From Cenarchaeum sp. (lineage in GTDB: Archaea; Thermoproteota; Nitrososphaeria; Nitrososphaerales; Nitrosopumilaceae), in contig CBDESU010000002.1 in assembly GCA_965242695.1 (NCBI GenBank), positions 512,001 to 576,000 on the forward strand: a DNA stretch of 64,000 bases, read 5' to 3'. The notes beneath the pieces were generated by a model. The model saw only the letters and a program-made list of their open reading frames with translations. It searched no databases and was not told the DNA's origin. Each line of letters begins with the position of its first letter. Positions within the stretch are counted from its first letter, which is position 1. The position numbers and the translations under genes were made by a program. Below are positions 10,446 through 20,356 of this stretch, piece by piece.

Positions 10446-10751
10446 TCAACAGATGCGCACGCTGCTAGTCGTATTTGTGCGACCATTGGCGTATGCCCTG
10501 AACGCGGCATGCTGGCTGCGATCCTTGCGGTACGACTCGGGCGTTTCCCATTCAATGACGCGCGTCTTGCCGTCCTTTTTGGCCACGATGTCGGGGCGCC
10601 GGCGGCCGCCGGGGCCGCCCACGGTGGGCGGGCGGGGGAACCCACGGATGTCGGCCTGCACGTCCCAGCCGCTGCGCTTCAGCGATCGGGCGTGCCCCCT
10701 CACGGCTGCGTCGTGCTTGGACTGCCCCCGCTTTGAGCGCGCCGCCATCAT
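10446..10751 (-). CDS. Small PD-(D/E)xK nuclease-fold protein (copy 2)
   Basis: RRPDIVAKKDGKTRVIEWET...HAAFRAYA. Clear paralog of 7154-7462. Confidence 0.75.
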   Translation of the reverse strand: MMAARSKRGQSKHDAAVRGHARSLKRSGWDVQADIRGFPRPPTVGGPGGRRRPDIVAKKDGKTRVIEWETPESYRKDRSQHAAFRAYANGRTNTTSSVRIC

Positions 10752-11065
10752 CGATCACCACACGGGAAGCTGGCCTTTGTCCGTATCACCTGTTCCCAGG
10801 CCATCCTGTCTTTCTGCCTCTTGCCCGGCAGGTATCGCACCGCAAATACAATATCTCCGAGCGCATTCCTGCGCCAGCAGGGCCTCCTATCGTGCCCTGC
10901 CACCCTAGTCCGAACGGAGGATGATTCGCCTACATCAATGTAGAAGTATTCGTCCTCATACCCGGTGCTGCGGTGATCGAGGACCACGTACACGCCGGAG
11001 GCGTCCCGCAGGCCGCTCTCTTTGTACGGCCCTGAGAAGGACCAGCCTTCTATCGTGATTGTCAT
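10748..11065 (-). CDS. Small GIY-YIG-like nuclease (copy 2)
   Basis: SGVYVVLD...YIDVGESSSVRTRVAGHDR...WE...FPCG. AT-rich box at about 11090-11104. Overlaps the downstream start. Confidence 0.75.
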   Translation of the reverse strand: MTITIEGWSFSGPYKESGLRDASGVYVVLDHRSTGYEDEYFYIDVGESSSVRTRVAGHDRRPCWRRNALGDIVFAVRYLPGKRQKDRMAWEQVIRTKASFPCGDR

Positions 11066-11105
11066 TCGGCCTGCGGGGATTTGCGCGTGTATATGAATAT
11101 ATTTT

Positions 11106-11299
11106 GGCGCCGGGCGTGCCCCCAAACGCGGCCGCAGGCGCGGGGCCGGGGTTGGCGGGCGCCGGGCGTGCCCCCAAACGCGGCCGCAGGCGCGGGGCCG
11201 GGGTTGGCGGGCGCCGGGCGTGCCCCCAAACGCGGCCGCAGGCGCGGGGCCGTGGTTGGCGGGCGCCGGGCGTGCCCCCAAACGCGGCCGCAGGCGCGG
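11106..11299. repeat. 52-bp tandem repeat, about 3.7 copies, between divergent promoters
   Basis: Unit ggcgccgggcgtgcccccaaacgcggccgcaggcgcggggccggggttggcg at 11106, 11158, 11210 (1 mismatch) and partial at 11262. Confidence 0.9.
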
Positions 11300-11386
11300 C
11301 CAGGGGCAGTTGGCGCCCAGGGGGTGGTAATTTCCTTAAAGTGCGGGCGGATATGCTTTTGTAGAGTTGGGCGGCGGAGGCGGCCG

Positions 11387-11872
11387 ATGGGCAGCGTGCC
11401 TACATGGGTCGAGTCCTACGGGGGCCTGTGCGCCAAGTACGGGGGCGGCCTGGCCATGATGGGCATTGACGGCGTGGGCATCGCGGTCTATACCTACCTG
11501 TTCTACCGCAGGGCGACGGGCGACGGCGATCCCATCTCGGCGCCCGGCATCGCCGGGAAGATAGCCCCCATCTCGGCCCACCTGCCGGAGGAGTACAGGA
11601 TGCCCTACACCGAAAAGACCGTCAGGACGGCGCTGGCCAAGCTCGTCGATCTGGGCCTGGCAGAGTCCGTAGAGGCCCCAAAAAGGCCGAGGGCTGCGGG
11701 GCGGCCGGCCGCCCTTGCGTACAAGGCTGCCGCCCTGAGCGAGGCGACAGCCCGCATCGGCGCCGTCCTCGACGGCTACAAGAGCTCCATACTCGACGCG
11801 CTCGGCACGTTTGAGCAGATAGAGGAGGGAGTGGCGCTGGGCGCGCAGGGCCGCGGGGGCGCGCGCCAATGA
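11387..11872 (+). CDS. Winged-helix (TrmB-like) transcription regulator
   Basis: VYTYL...ISAPGIA...TVRTALAKLVDLGLAE...GRPAALAYKA. First gene of an operon with overlapping stop/start junctions. Confidence 0.7.
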   Translation: MGSVPTWVESYGGLCAKYGGGLAMMGIDGVGIAVYTYLFYRRATGDGDPISAPGIAGKIAPISAHLPEEYRMPYTEKTVRTALAKLVDLGLAESVEAPKRPRAAGRPAALAYKAAALSEATARIGAVLDGYKSSILDALGTFEQIEEGVALGAQGRGGARQ

Positions 11873-12333
11873 CCACCGGCGACATCTACGTGCCCCTAAA
11901 GCTGATCGAGTGCGAGGGGGGAAGCCTGAGGGGCAAGGTGCGCCTCCAAAAGCTCGCGTTTCTCGTCCAGGACGAGTGCGGCGCGGTAGACTATGGATTC
12001 CAGGCGGCGCCGCTCGGCCCGCTGTCGTACCCCCTGAACGCCACGATGTCGCGCCTGCAGGATCTCGGCATGGTCGACGAGACGCGGGAGCCGACTCCGT
12101 CGGGCAATACAGTGTTCTGCTACTCGCTCACGGAGCACGGCAAATCCCTCTTGCGGGCGATGGACGATGAAAACCAGGCCGGCAGGGACCTACAAGATGC
12201 CGTCCGATCGACGTACGACAGGTACGGCAACATGAGCTACATCGAACTGCTCGACCTGGTCCACCAAGAGCATCCACAGTACCACCTGAAGGACATCCCC
12301 ATCGGGGACTTTCTCGGAGGCCGGGGCGCTTGA
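11869..12333 (+). CDS. YwgA/SocA(DUF4065)-like wHTH protein
   Basis: LRGKVRLQKLAFLVQ...YGFQAAPLGPLS...YSLTEHG...LLDLVHQEHPQY. Confidence 0.75.
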   Translation: MTTGDIYVPLKLIECEGGSLRGKVRLQKLAFLVQDECGAVDYGFQAAPLGPLSYPLNATMSRLQDLGMVDETREPTPSGNTVFCYSLTEHGKSLLRAMDDENQAGRDLQDAVRSTYDRYGNMSYIELLDLVHQEHPQYHLKDIPIGDFLGGRGA

Positions 12334-13649
12334 CATCGGGCGCGATGCCTTTGCCAAGGCCAGCCACGGGGGCGCCTCGGGCCGAAGGGGCGGCAGGCAA
12401 GAAGAAGAGGGGAGGCGCGGGCGGGGCGCAACCGCCGTTGCCTGGCGGGCCGGCGCGGGCGGGGCTTGGACGGCCGGCAGGCAACGGCCGCAGGCGGAGG
12501 TTGCATGCCCGCGTGGCGCATTCCCGTGCCGGAGGGGGCGCGCGGGCAGTGCCGCGCATGGCCCCGTCGGGTACAAGCGGGCAGGCAGACGGCATGCGGA
12601 TTCCCAGTGCGGCCACGCCACCGCGCGCCGGGCAGCGGCGGGCCCATGCGGCGGATGCCGGCGCCGCACGTGGGGCGAGGAGGAGCGGAGAGAGCGCCGA
12701 GTCTTCCGCAAAACCGCCTGTAGGGCAGGCGGGCGGAGTGGACGCAGGCAGCATCCAGGCGGCGGGCGGGGCTGGGAGGGGCGGGGCCGGCGCGCGCCCC
12801 CGCGGCGGCGCCGACGGAGCGGGCGGGGCAGCCCCCGCAGGACAACCGCGGCAGCAGCCGCCGGACGGGCAGGGCGCGCGCGCCGGGCCGCGCCTTGATC
12901 TAGATCTTGCGTACATCATGAAGGATTCGGAGTATGTCGCCAAGGGCCAGGTTGTGCGACCCAACGGGTTCGACGCATACATGCGCGGAAGGGTGAGCCC
13001 AAGACACCTAGACGCCGCGGGCGCAAAGATCATCAGGGACATGCTCGGCCATGTCGTCACGAGTGACTTTGGGATCAGCATGCTGGACGAGATCCTGTCC
13101 CCGTCTCCGTCGAGCAGGCAGGCATGGCGGGTCGGCGAGTCCCTTGCCGAGTGCTTTCTGGAAGACCACGAGGAAGCGCTGTTCCCGTACCCGTATTCGC
13201 GCGACGTAAAGAGCGACAGCGCCAGCCACGCGGGCGCCGACTTGTCCGGCTACTCGCTCGGAGGCCCCAACGGCAAGGCCATGTTCCTGTTCGGCGAGAC
13301 AAAGACGTCGGACGAGGCGAGGCGGCCCCCGAGGGTTGCAAGAAGCCTGGGCGGCCAGATGGACGCCCTGTGCTCGCCAAAAGCCCGAAGGGCACTGATA
13401 AGGCGACTATGCATCAGGGCCGGCGAGCGGGGAGACGAGCGGCTCATGGCGCTTCACGGCGAGTCCATGACGTCATATCAGGCAAGAAAGTTCAGGCTGG
13501 TGGGCGTCCTAATCCGCGGCACTGGCGCCGACCGGAGGGATCTAGTGGCGGCGTTCAACAGGGTCAAGGCGGGGCGCTGCGCCAAGCGGCTGGACCTGAT
13601 CTCGCTGTACCTGCCGGTGCCGGCGGACAGCCTCGGCGGCATGCTGTAA
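12330..13649 (+). CDS. Hachiman-A-like PD-(D/E)xK nuclease; low-complexity N-terminus, so the true start is uncertain (alternative ATG 12918)
   Basis: WRVGESLAE...GADLSGY...FGETKTS. Lies directly upstream of a Ski2-like helicase. Confidence 0.65.
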   Translation: MTSGAMPLPRPATGAPRAEGAAGKKKRGGAGGAQPPLPGGPARAGLGRPAGNGRRRRLHARVAHSRAGGGARAVPRMAPSGTSGQADGMRIPSAATPPRAGQRRAHAADAGAARGARRSGESAESSAKPPVGQAGGVDAGSIQAAGGAGRGGAGARPRGGADGAGGAAPAGQPRQQPPDGQGARAGPRLDLDLAYIMKDSEYVAKGQVVRPNGFDAYMRGRVSPRHLDAAGAKIIRDMLGHVVTSDFGISMLDEILSPSPSSRQAWRVGESLAECFLEDHEEALFPYPYSRDVKSDSASHAGADLSGYSLGGPNGKAMFLFGETKTSDEARRPPRVARSLGGQMDALCSPKARRALIRRLCIRAGERGDERLMALHGESMTSYQARKFRLVGVLIRGTGADRRDLVAAFNRVKAGRCAKRLDLISLYLPVPADSLGGML

Positions 13650-13650
13650 G

Positions 13651-16600
13651 GTGATGGCGGTGGAAGCGACAGGCGGCCAAGGCACCGAACGGGGCGGCGG
13701 GGCGCCGCACCCCCTAATCGATACGCTGGACAAGGACAGGTCGCGCGCGGCATTCGAGGGCGTGTACGGGCTAAAGCTGGACCGAATGAGGGCGGAGAAG
13801 GGCCGGAGGGGCGCATCAGGGGCCGATGCGAAGAGGACAGGGGCGGCTGCCACAAGCGGCCTAGACGACATCGAGTACGTGGCCGAGACGTACGAGATGG
13901 CCACCATCAGCATGTGGCGGTACGCGGGGCGGGGCGGGCGCGGGGCGGCAGCAGATGCCGAGGGGGCAAGCGCGGCGCGGCGCGCCGGCGACCTGGAGCG
14001 CCTGTGCCGGACGAGCTTCACCATGATGGAGGCGTGCGCCGTGCCGGACGAGCCGATCGAAAAGATCTGCCACGTCCTGCTCATGTTCTCGTACGCGTAC
14101 GTGGGCGAGAGATGGGAGGCGATGAGGCGCTACCTCGACGAGCGCGGCGAGGAGGTGTCCCTGCCCGAGGTCAAAGTGGAGGGATCCGGCAAGGGCTGGG
14201 AGCACGACATGCTGGCCGGAATATACGCGGCCCTGCTGTGCGTCATCAGAAAGCGCGACGCGGCCGAGCTTCAGAGGGCGCGCGGCACGATAGCGCGCCT
14301 GCGCGAGATGCAGGGGCTGCACGAGCGGGGCCACCTCGAGTCGTTCGAGCCCGATCACAGGCTGAACCCAGCGCGCCGCCTCGCCGCGCTGTACCATTTG
14401 GCAAAGGGGGTCGAGCTGCTCGCCGAGTTCATGGAGACGGGCAGGCCCGACGACATCGAGCAGATGCTCGACTTCCACTTTGACGAGGCGATCGGCCACG
14501 GCGGCGACGCGGGATCGGCCGAGCTCGACGTGCTGCTCCGGGCCATCCGCCCCGCGTTCAAGAGGATGGTTAGAAACTCGGTCTGGATCCTCGCAAGGCG
14601 GGCGGGCGACGATGACGGCGGCGTGGCCGGCTTTGTCGGCGAGCTGACCGCGTCGGACCGCCCCGTCTTCGAGTTCCTCTACCCGCAGAGGAAGGTGGCG
14701 CTGGAGGAGGGCCTGCTCGACCCGTACAGCAAGTCCATGCTGATCAACCTGCCCACGTCGGGCGGAAAGACGCTGCTCGCCGAGCTCAGGATAGTGCAGG
14801 CCGTGCTGCGCGGCCGCAACGGCAGCCGCGGCGCCGCCGTGGCCTACGTCGTGCCGACGCGCACGCTGGCCAACCAGATCACGGCAAAGCTTCGCAGGGA
14901 CCTCGGCCCGGCCGGGATCAGGGTCGAAAGGATGAGCGGCGCGGTCGAGATCGACGGGTTCGAGGACGGCATGCTGGGGCGCGGCGGCTCGTTTGACGTG
15001 CTAGTCACCACGCCCGAAAAGCTGATGCTGCTAATCAGGAACCCCAAGTACGGCCTGGCCGACTCGATCACGCTGTGCATCATCGACGAGGCCCACAACC
15101 TGGGCGACACAGAGAGGGGGCTGAACCTAGAGCTGCTCATATCCACCGTGAAGCGAGACTGCCGCCGTGCCGGCCTGCTCCTGCTAACCCCCTTCATAAC
15201 AAACAGCGACGAGGTGGCCGAGTGGCTCGACCCGGACAACCCAAAGTCGGTGACGGTAGGCATCAACTGGAAGCCGAACGAGCGCATCGTCGGGGCGTAC
15301 TATGCGAGCGGCAAGGGGCGCACAATCGACACGTACTTCCGACCCCTGGCCACGAGCGCCGACACCGTCAGGGTCGAAAAAACCTTCAAGATCGGGACGG
15401 CAAGGGGCTTTAGCAGGCCGGCGAGCGGCGTGGTCGGAAAGAACCTGGCCCTCACGTCGCTGCTTGCCACGCAGCTAGACGCGTCGCACGGCGTGCTCGT
15501 CCTGGCCCGCACGATCAAGGACGCGTGGAGTACGGCCGGCCTCATATGCGAGAACATGGACGGGGCGCCGGGCCGCGGCGACGAAGAGGTGGAGCTCGCC
15601 AAGAGGTTTGTAGCGAGCGAGCTTGGAGAGCGGTTCCCCCTCGTCGGGTACCTGGACAAGGGGGTGGGCGTCCACCACTCCGGCCTGCCCGACGAGGTGC
15701 GGTACCTTGTGGAGCGCCTCATGGAGACGGGCAAGCTGCGGGCGCTGGTCGGGACCACGACCATAGCCCAGGGAGTCAACTTTCCGGTCTCGGCGGTGCT
15801 CATTTCGTCGTACTCGCATTCGTACCGCGACATGGATCCCAGGGACTTTTGGAACCTGGTCGGCAGGGCGGGCCGCATAGACCAGCCGTCGTTTGGGCTC
15901 GTCGGGATCGCGACGGATCGGCCCGGCGGCCCCCGGATGATGAAGGCCGAGGCGTACGTCAAGAGGACGACCGAGCGCCTCGCCTCGTCGCTGGCCGGGA
16001 TGGTGTCCGAGGTGCTCGCAAACCACTCGCAGCTGGACCTGTCGCAGCTCGCCGCCGAGCCGCGGTGGTCGAGCTTTGTGCAGTACATAGCGCACATGAG
16101 GAACCAGGCGGCCAGCCTCGGCGAGTTTACGGGCCAGTCCGAGGTCGTCCTGCGCCAGACGCTCGGGTACAGCCAGCTCGACGAGGCCGGCAGGGAGGCC
16201 CTGCGCGACGCGGTCCGCAGGTACGCAGGCGCGCTGGACTCTAGCCCCAATGCGTCGATCATATCGGACCTGACGGGGTTTTCGCCCCAGGCGGTCAGGA
16301 ACGCGGATTCTGCCGTCAGGTCGATGGGGATAAGGCCGGACGAGTGGAGCCCGCGGGACCTGTTCTCGCCCGCCTCGAAGAAGCTGTCGGGGCTGATCAA
16401 GGTCATGGCGGCCAGCATACCAGAGGTCGGCGACATCCAGGCGGACATGCCGGGCAGGCGGAGGGGCGGCGACGACGTGGCGGGGATCATATCGGACTGG
16501 GTCACGGGGAAGGACATACCGCACATCGCACAGAGGCACTTTGGCGGCGGCGGCAGGGACGGCGTGACAGAGTGCGTGCGGGCCATATACGGGAAGATAA

Positions 16601-16998
16601 TCCAGCGCGCAACGTGGGGCCTGGCGGGGATACAGAGGATATACGGCGGCGCGGAGCAGGGGGCCGGGGCGGCGGAGCCCGAGGGCGATGCGCGCAACAT
16701 TCCGGCGATGGTGTACTATGGGGTCGACACGGACGCCGCGGTGCTCATGCGGATGAACTCTGTGCCGCGGAGCGCGGCGGGGAGGATCGGGGCGGCGTAC
16801 GCCGAGGGATTGGAGGGCGGGCGGGACCTGCACTCGGCCGGCGGGCCCGAGGTCAGGGACTGGCTGTCGGGGCTGGGCGAGGACGAGTGGGGCCGGGCGG
16901 GAGCCGGCGGGATGACAGGGAGGGATCTTCGAGCGGTCTGGGCGCGGCTGTCGGGGCACGTTGCGGCGCCCGCGGGAGAGGGGCGCGCGCCCGGCTAG
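13651..16998 (+). CDS. Ski2-like DEAD/DEAH helicase (Hachiman-B-like) with an N-terminal alpha-helical domain of about 300 aa
   Basis: LPTSGGKT, VPTR, TTPEK, IIDEAH, HHSG, TTTIAQGVNFP and NLVGRAGR motifs. Confidence 0.85.
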   Translation: MMAVEATGGQGTERGGGAPHPLIDTLDKDRSRAAFEGVYGLKLDRMRAEKGRRGASGADAKRTGAAATSGLDDIEYVAETYEMATISMWRYAGRGGRGAAADAEGASAARRAGDLERLCRTSFTMMEACAVPDEPIEKICHVLLMFSYAYVGERWEAMRRYLDERGEEVSLPEVKVEGSGKGWEHDMLAGIYAALLCVIRKRDAAELQRARGTIARLREMQGLHERGHLESFEPDHRLNPARRLAALYHLAKGVELLAEFMETGRPDDIEQMLDFHFDEAIGHGGDAGSAELDVLLRAIRPAFKRMVRNSVWILARRAGDDDGGVAGFVGELTASDRPVFEFLYPQRKVALEEGLLDPYSKSMLINLPTSGGKTLLAELRIVQAVLRGRNGSRGAAVAYVVPTRTLANQITAKLRRDLGPAGIRVERMSGAVEIDGFEDGMLGRGGSFDVLVTTPEKLMLLIRNPKYGLADSITLCIIDEAHNLGDTERGLNLELLISTVKRDCRRAGLLLLTPFITNSDEVAEWLDPDNPKSVTVGINWKPNERIVGAYYASGKGRTIDTYFRPLATSADTVRVEKTFKIGTARGFSRPASGVVGKNLALTSLLATQLDASHGVLVLARTIKDAWSTAGLICENMDGAPGRGDEEVELAKRFVASELGERFPLVGYLDKGVGVHHSGLPDEVRYLVERLMETGKLRALVGTTTIAQGVNFPVSAVLISSYSHSYRDMDPRDFWNLVGRAGRIDQPSFGLVGIATDRPGGPRMMKAEAYVKRTTERLASSLAGMVSEVLANHSQLDLSQLAAEPRWSSFVQYIAHMRNQAASLGEFTGQSEVVLRQTLGYSQLDEAGREALRDAVRRYAGALDSSPNASIISDLTGFSPQAVRNADSAVRSMGIRPDEWSPRDLFSPASKKLSGLIKVMAASIPEVGDIQADMPGRRRGGDDVAGIISDWVTGKDIPHIAQRHFGGGGRDGVTECVRAIYGKIIQRATWGLAGIQRIYGGAEQGAGAAEPEGDARNIPAMVYYGVDTDAAVLMRMNSVPRSAAGRIGAAYAEGLEGGRDLHSAGGPEVRDWLSGLGEDEWGRAGAGGMTGRDLRAVWARLSGHVAAPAGEGRAPG

Positions 16999-17209
16999 GC
17001 GTAGGCGCCCGCCTGCCCCCGTGTGCTGCCAAAAGGCCGTTTTGCGCCGTGCGCGGCAGCGGCTGGCATGCGGCGCGAACTGCCGCCGACGGCGCGCAGG
17101 CAGGCAAGTCGGCCCGGAAGTCAGCAGAGGTCAAGGGCGGCGGCGCATCTATTCATTTTTCGAGCTCGCTCACCATGGCGCGGAGCTGGCCCCGATTGAC
17201 CATGCCGCG

Positions 17210-20200
17210 CTACTGGCTCAGCAAGTCTGCGAAATCGTTGCAGCCCAGACCAACAAGGTGCTCGATGGTTTTTACGGACGCCGCCTTCGCCTCAGCGGAG
17301 CCAGTCTGCAACAAGACTTTTAGCGTCTTGTGCAGTTCGTCCGGCATGAGCCCGCCTTTGGGATCGATCTTTTTTGCCAGGCCCAGCACGCAGCAGGCCA
17401 CCTCGGCGGGGTGCTCGTCCGCTTGATCACGGAGCTTGCCTAGGGGAAATTCTATGGGATCTAAGTAGCCGCTGTGCAGCTCCAAACATGTCTGGAACGT
17501 CCGCAGGGAGCCGTGCCTGGCGGCGGCATCTCCGCACCCGCCGCACATGAAAAACCAGGCGCAAAAGTTGGCGCTGTCGATGAACTCTTGGCGGCCCCAG
17601 GCGGCGAGGACCCGGGACACGATTTCGGGACGGTCGAGGTTGTCCTTCATGGCCTCGGTCAGGTCGTATCCGCACTGCCGTATGGACCCGGCCGAGCCCC
17701 GCTCCACGAACTTCCAGAACAGTTTTTCGTATCCATCCACCCCATAGAGGTAGCCGAGGGCAACATGTGCAACAGTCCTAGCGTGCACGATCGTGTTTTC
17801 GATGTACTTGGACATTCCGCCGACAAGGAATTCCCTGTAGTGGGGCAGCAGGGCGCCCATTACGCCCTCGTGGGCAATGTTGGCCGCGTACCCCTGCCAG
17901 AATGCCTTCTTGGCGCCCTTGCCGGAGAGCAGCCTGTGGACCATGGACGCGGCCCACTTCCCGTCAAGGGCGAACAGCATCGGAGCGAACAGCCCCAGCA
18001 CGGCGTGCCGGGTGGCCGTGTGCGCGCTCCGGTCGCCGGCGTATGCATCTATGGTTTTAACCGCACCCCTCAGTGCTGGCTCCCCGGAAGGCGCGCCGTG
18101 CCGCAGCATCCACTTGATGTAGGAGCAGAGTACGTGGAACGACACGCCCTCTATTGTGCCGAGCGAGTCCGAAAGGGAGTCCTCATTCGCCTCGCAGTCC
18201 GCAAATCTAGGCGTCAGGTTCCCTGCCTTGACGATCTTCTCGACAACCCCCCATGCAGAGTCCTTTGCCTCGCACCCTATTCTGTAGTGCTCTAGTCCCG
18301 CCTTTACAACTCGGGCCGCCTCAAGCCCAGGATCAATCGAGGCCGGTGCCCGCGTGCCGGACGACTCTTGGGCCAGCACGGCCGAGACCAGCCTCAAGAG
18401 TGTGCCCCATTCGACCGCCTCTCCCTTGTCCGCCGCCGTCACCATGCCCGACAGGAACGAGTACTGCGCCGCGGCATGCATTCCCTCCACTCTCAGGGCC
18501 ATTCTAGAGCATTCCATGGGGCGGGTGCGGACGAACTCGTAGAACGGCCGCAGGATCGGGTCAAGGTCAGGATCCGCGCCGCTACAGGGGTGATGGTCGC
18601 CCACGAACGCGAACACATCGGCGGCATTGCCGTTCTCAAACATGTCGTACGTCACGGGCCCCGTCGACAGGCCGGGAAGCCGGTACGGGAAGTAGGGGTG
18701 CTCGGGAGGGCCAACCATCCTCACGGCATCCTCGTATCGGTCCCTGCGCTCCCCTTCGAGGTGGTCGCGTATAGGGTGCATTCTCAAGGCCAGCCAGCGC
18801 GCCATGGCCTGCTCGTCGGCGTCCTGCGGGTAGGAGGCAAGGTCCGAGCGCTTTTGGCGCTCCCTGTCGTCGACCTTCGCGAAAAACTTGCTTCTCCATG
18901 CGCTGTCCGTGTTGGCGAACGCCTTGCCGAGCAGCAGGCAGTACTCGTGGTGTGTGCCGCTGTCGGCAAAGCCGTCGACGAGCGCTTCAAGGGCGCGATC
19001 ATGGAGGTGGTCCGGGAACTCGCCGTACAGGAAGAGCGCCAGCCTTGCAAATATTGCAGGGGGAGGGCGCAGCGCCCCGTCTAGGCATCTTGCCAGCTCT
19101 TCGGGATCGTCCCTGCCGATCGCCACTAGGCAATCTCGGAGCGCCATGACGCACAGCGGCAGCGGGAAGTGCCTGGAGCGGGGGCCTGCCGAGTCCTCGA
19201 TCGCGTCGACGGCGGCGTGCGGGACAGGGTAGGAGGCGGCGCCCAGGTCCTCCACGGCCCCATACGCGCGCCTTACGGCGTCGGCAAGCGGGCGCCACAG
19301 GTGGCGGGGGTGCCGGGCGGCAATATGGGGCAGGCGATCCCTCATTATCCGGGCCAGCGCCTCGTCCTCCCTGCCGAGGCGCTTCGCACTGGACTCCAGG
19401 AACCCAGACATCAGCTTGGTCGCCTCCGTGCCGAGACCCTCGTCGCAAAGGCGCCCGATCAACTCGACAAAGTCTCTCGATACCGCAGTGTGCGAGGACA
19501 GGATGTGCCACTTGCAGCTTGTGGCCTTGCTGGCCAGCTCCCTTAGGCTCTCGCCGGATGTCTCTAGGGCGCACCTGATGTAGTCCCTGCACACCACCGG
19601 GTCCGTGTCGCCGCACACCCTCCCGCACCGGAGTATGATCTCGGCGACCTTGTCCGGCGCGGCAGAAGAGCACCTTGACAAGTAACCGGCCAGCGACCAG
19701 TGCAGCCAAGAGTCCGCCGCATTGTCCGTGGCGGCCCCCGCCGACAGGGGCTCGAACAGGCGCGCCGCATCGAGGCACTCTAGCCATTCGCACGGCATGT
19801 TCTCCAGCAGGTACTGCCCAGACGCGCGCCTGAACATCAGGCCCTTGATTTTTGCCGCACCTTCTTCTGACGGCCCGGCGCCCACTATGGCTCCCATATC
19901 CCTTATTATGTCCGTCTGCGGCCGGGTGACGGACAACAGCGTCTCTTCTATTGTTTTTGTGATTTCTTCTGCCCTGTCTTGCGTGGGGGCGCATTTGTGG
20001 TGCGCGTAGCCGCTCAGCTCGCTGTAGATTTTAGTGGCTTCTTTGAGGCCAGCATACGCCATGGAGGTGCGGGCGATCCGATCACCGGGATCTATGGCCA
20101 TGCACAGCCCCTTTAGTCTGTCGTCTTCTCCCTGGATGACCCTCGCCATGTCGCCATATCCTGCCCGCGCAAGCAGATCGATGACCTCCCGCATGGAATG

Positions 20201-20356
20201 GGAAAAGTGGACTAGCCTGTCGGGGTGGTCCTTTGCACGGAGGGCGTACAGGGCGCCCTCGTACGACGCCCAGATCTCCGGCGCGCACCCCTCAAGCCTT
20301 GTACGCAGAAGAGATCGGGCGGCATCGGGTTCGGGGACCGCGGCGGCCTTCTCCAT
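17210..20356 (-). CDS. Large alpha-helical protein with a putative N-terminal HEPN-like domain
   Basis: YEGAL...HSMREV...LSGYAHH N-terminal pattern, followed by about 900 aa of helical-repeat-like sequence with no P-loop seen. TTTTAA box at about 20379-20384 supports ATG 20356. Confidence 0.6.
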   Translation of the reverse strand: MEKAAAVPEPDAARSLLRTRLEGCAPEIWASYEGALYALRAKDHPDRLVHFSHSMREVIDLLARAGYGDMARVIQGEDDRLKGLCMAIDPGDRIARTSMAYAGLKEATKIYSELSGYAHHKCAPTQDRAEEITKTIEETLLSVTRPQTDIIRDMGAIVGAGPSEEGAAKIKGLMFRRASGQYLLENMPCEWLECLDAARLFEPLSAGAATDNAADSWLHWSLAGYLSRCSSAAPDKVAEIILRCGRVCGDTDPVVCRDYIRCALETSGESLRELASKATSCKWHILSSHTAVSRDFVELIGRLCDEGLGTEATKLMSGFLESSAKRLGREDEALARIMRDRLPHIAARHPRHLWRPLADAVRRAYGAVEDLGAASYPVPHAAVDAIEDSAGPRSRHFPLPLCVMALRDCLVAIGRDDPEELARCLDGALRPPPAIFARLALFLYGEFPDHLHDRALEALVDGFADSGTHHEYCLLLGKAFANTDSAWRSKFFAKVDDRERQKRSDLASYPQDADEQAMARWLALRMHPIRDHLEGERRDRYEDAVRMVGPPEHPYFPYRLPGLSTGPVTYDMFENGNAADVFAFVGDHHPCSGADPDLDPILRPFYEFVRTRPMECSRMALRVEGMHAAAQYSFLSGMVTAADKGEAVEWGTLLRLVSAVLAQESSGTRAPASIDPGLEAARVVKAGLEHYRIGCEAKDSAWGVVEKIVKAGNLTPRFADCEANEDSLSDSLGTIEGVSFHVLCSYIKWMLRHGAPSGEPALRGAVKTIDAYAGDRSAHTATRHAVLGLFAPMLFALDGKWAASMVHRLLSGKGAKKAFWQGYAANIAHEGVMGALLPHYREFLVGGMSKYIENTIVHARTVAHVALGYLYGVDGYEKLFWKFVERGSAGSIRQCGYDLTEAMKDNLDRPEIVSRVLAAWGRQEFIDSANFCAWFFMCGGCGDAAARHGSLRTFQTCLELHSGYLDPIEFPLGKLRDQADEHPAEVACCVLGLAKKIDPKGGLMPDELHKTLKVLLQTGSAEAKAASVKTIEHLVGLGCNDFADLLSQ

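Noticed and set aside
11106-11299. CRISPR array, or coding N-terminal extensions of ORFs 10748-11281 and 11081-11872
   Set aside because: Units are contiguous with no spacers, the 52-bp period is not a multiple of 3, and better starts with TATA boxes lie outside the repeat.
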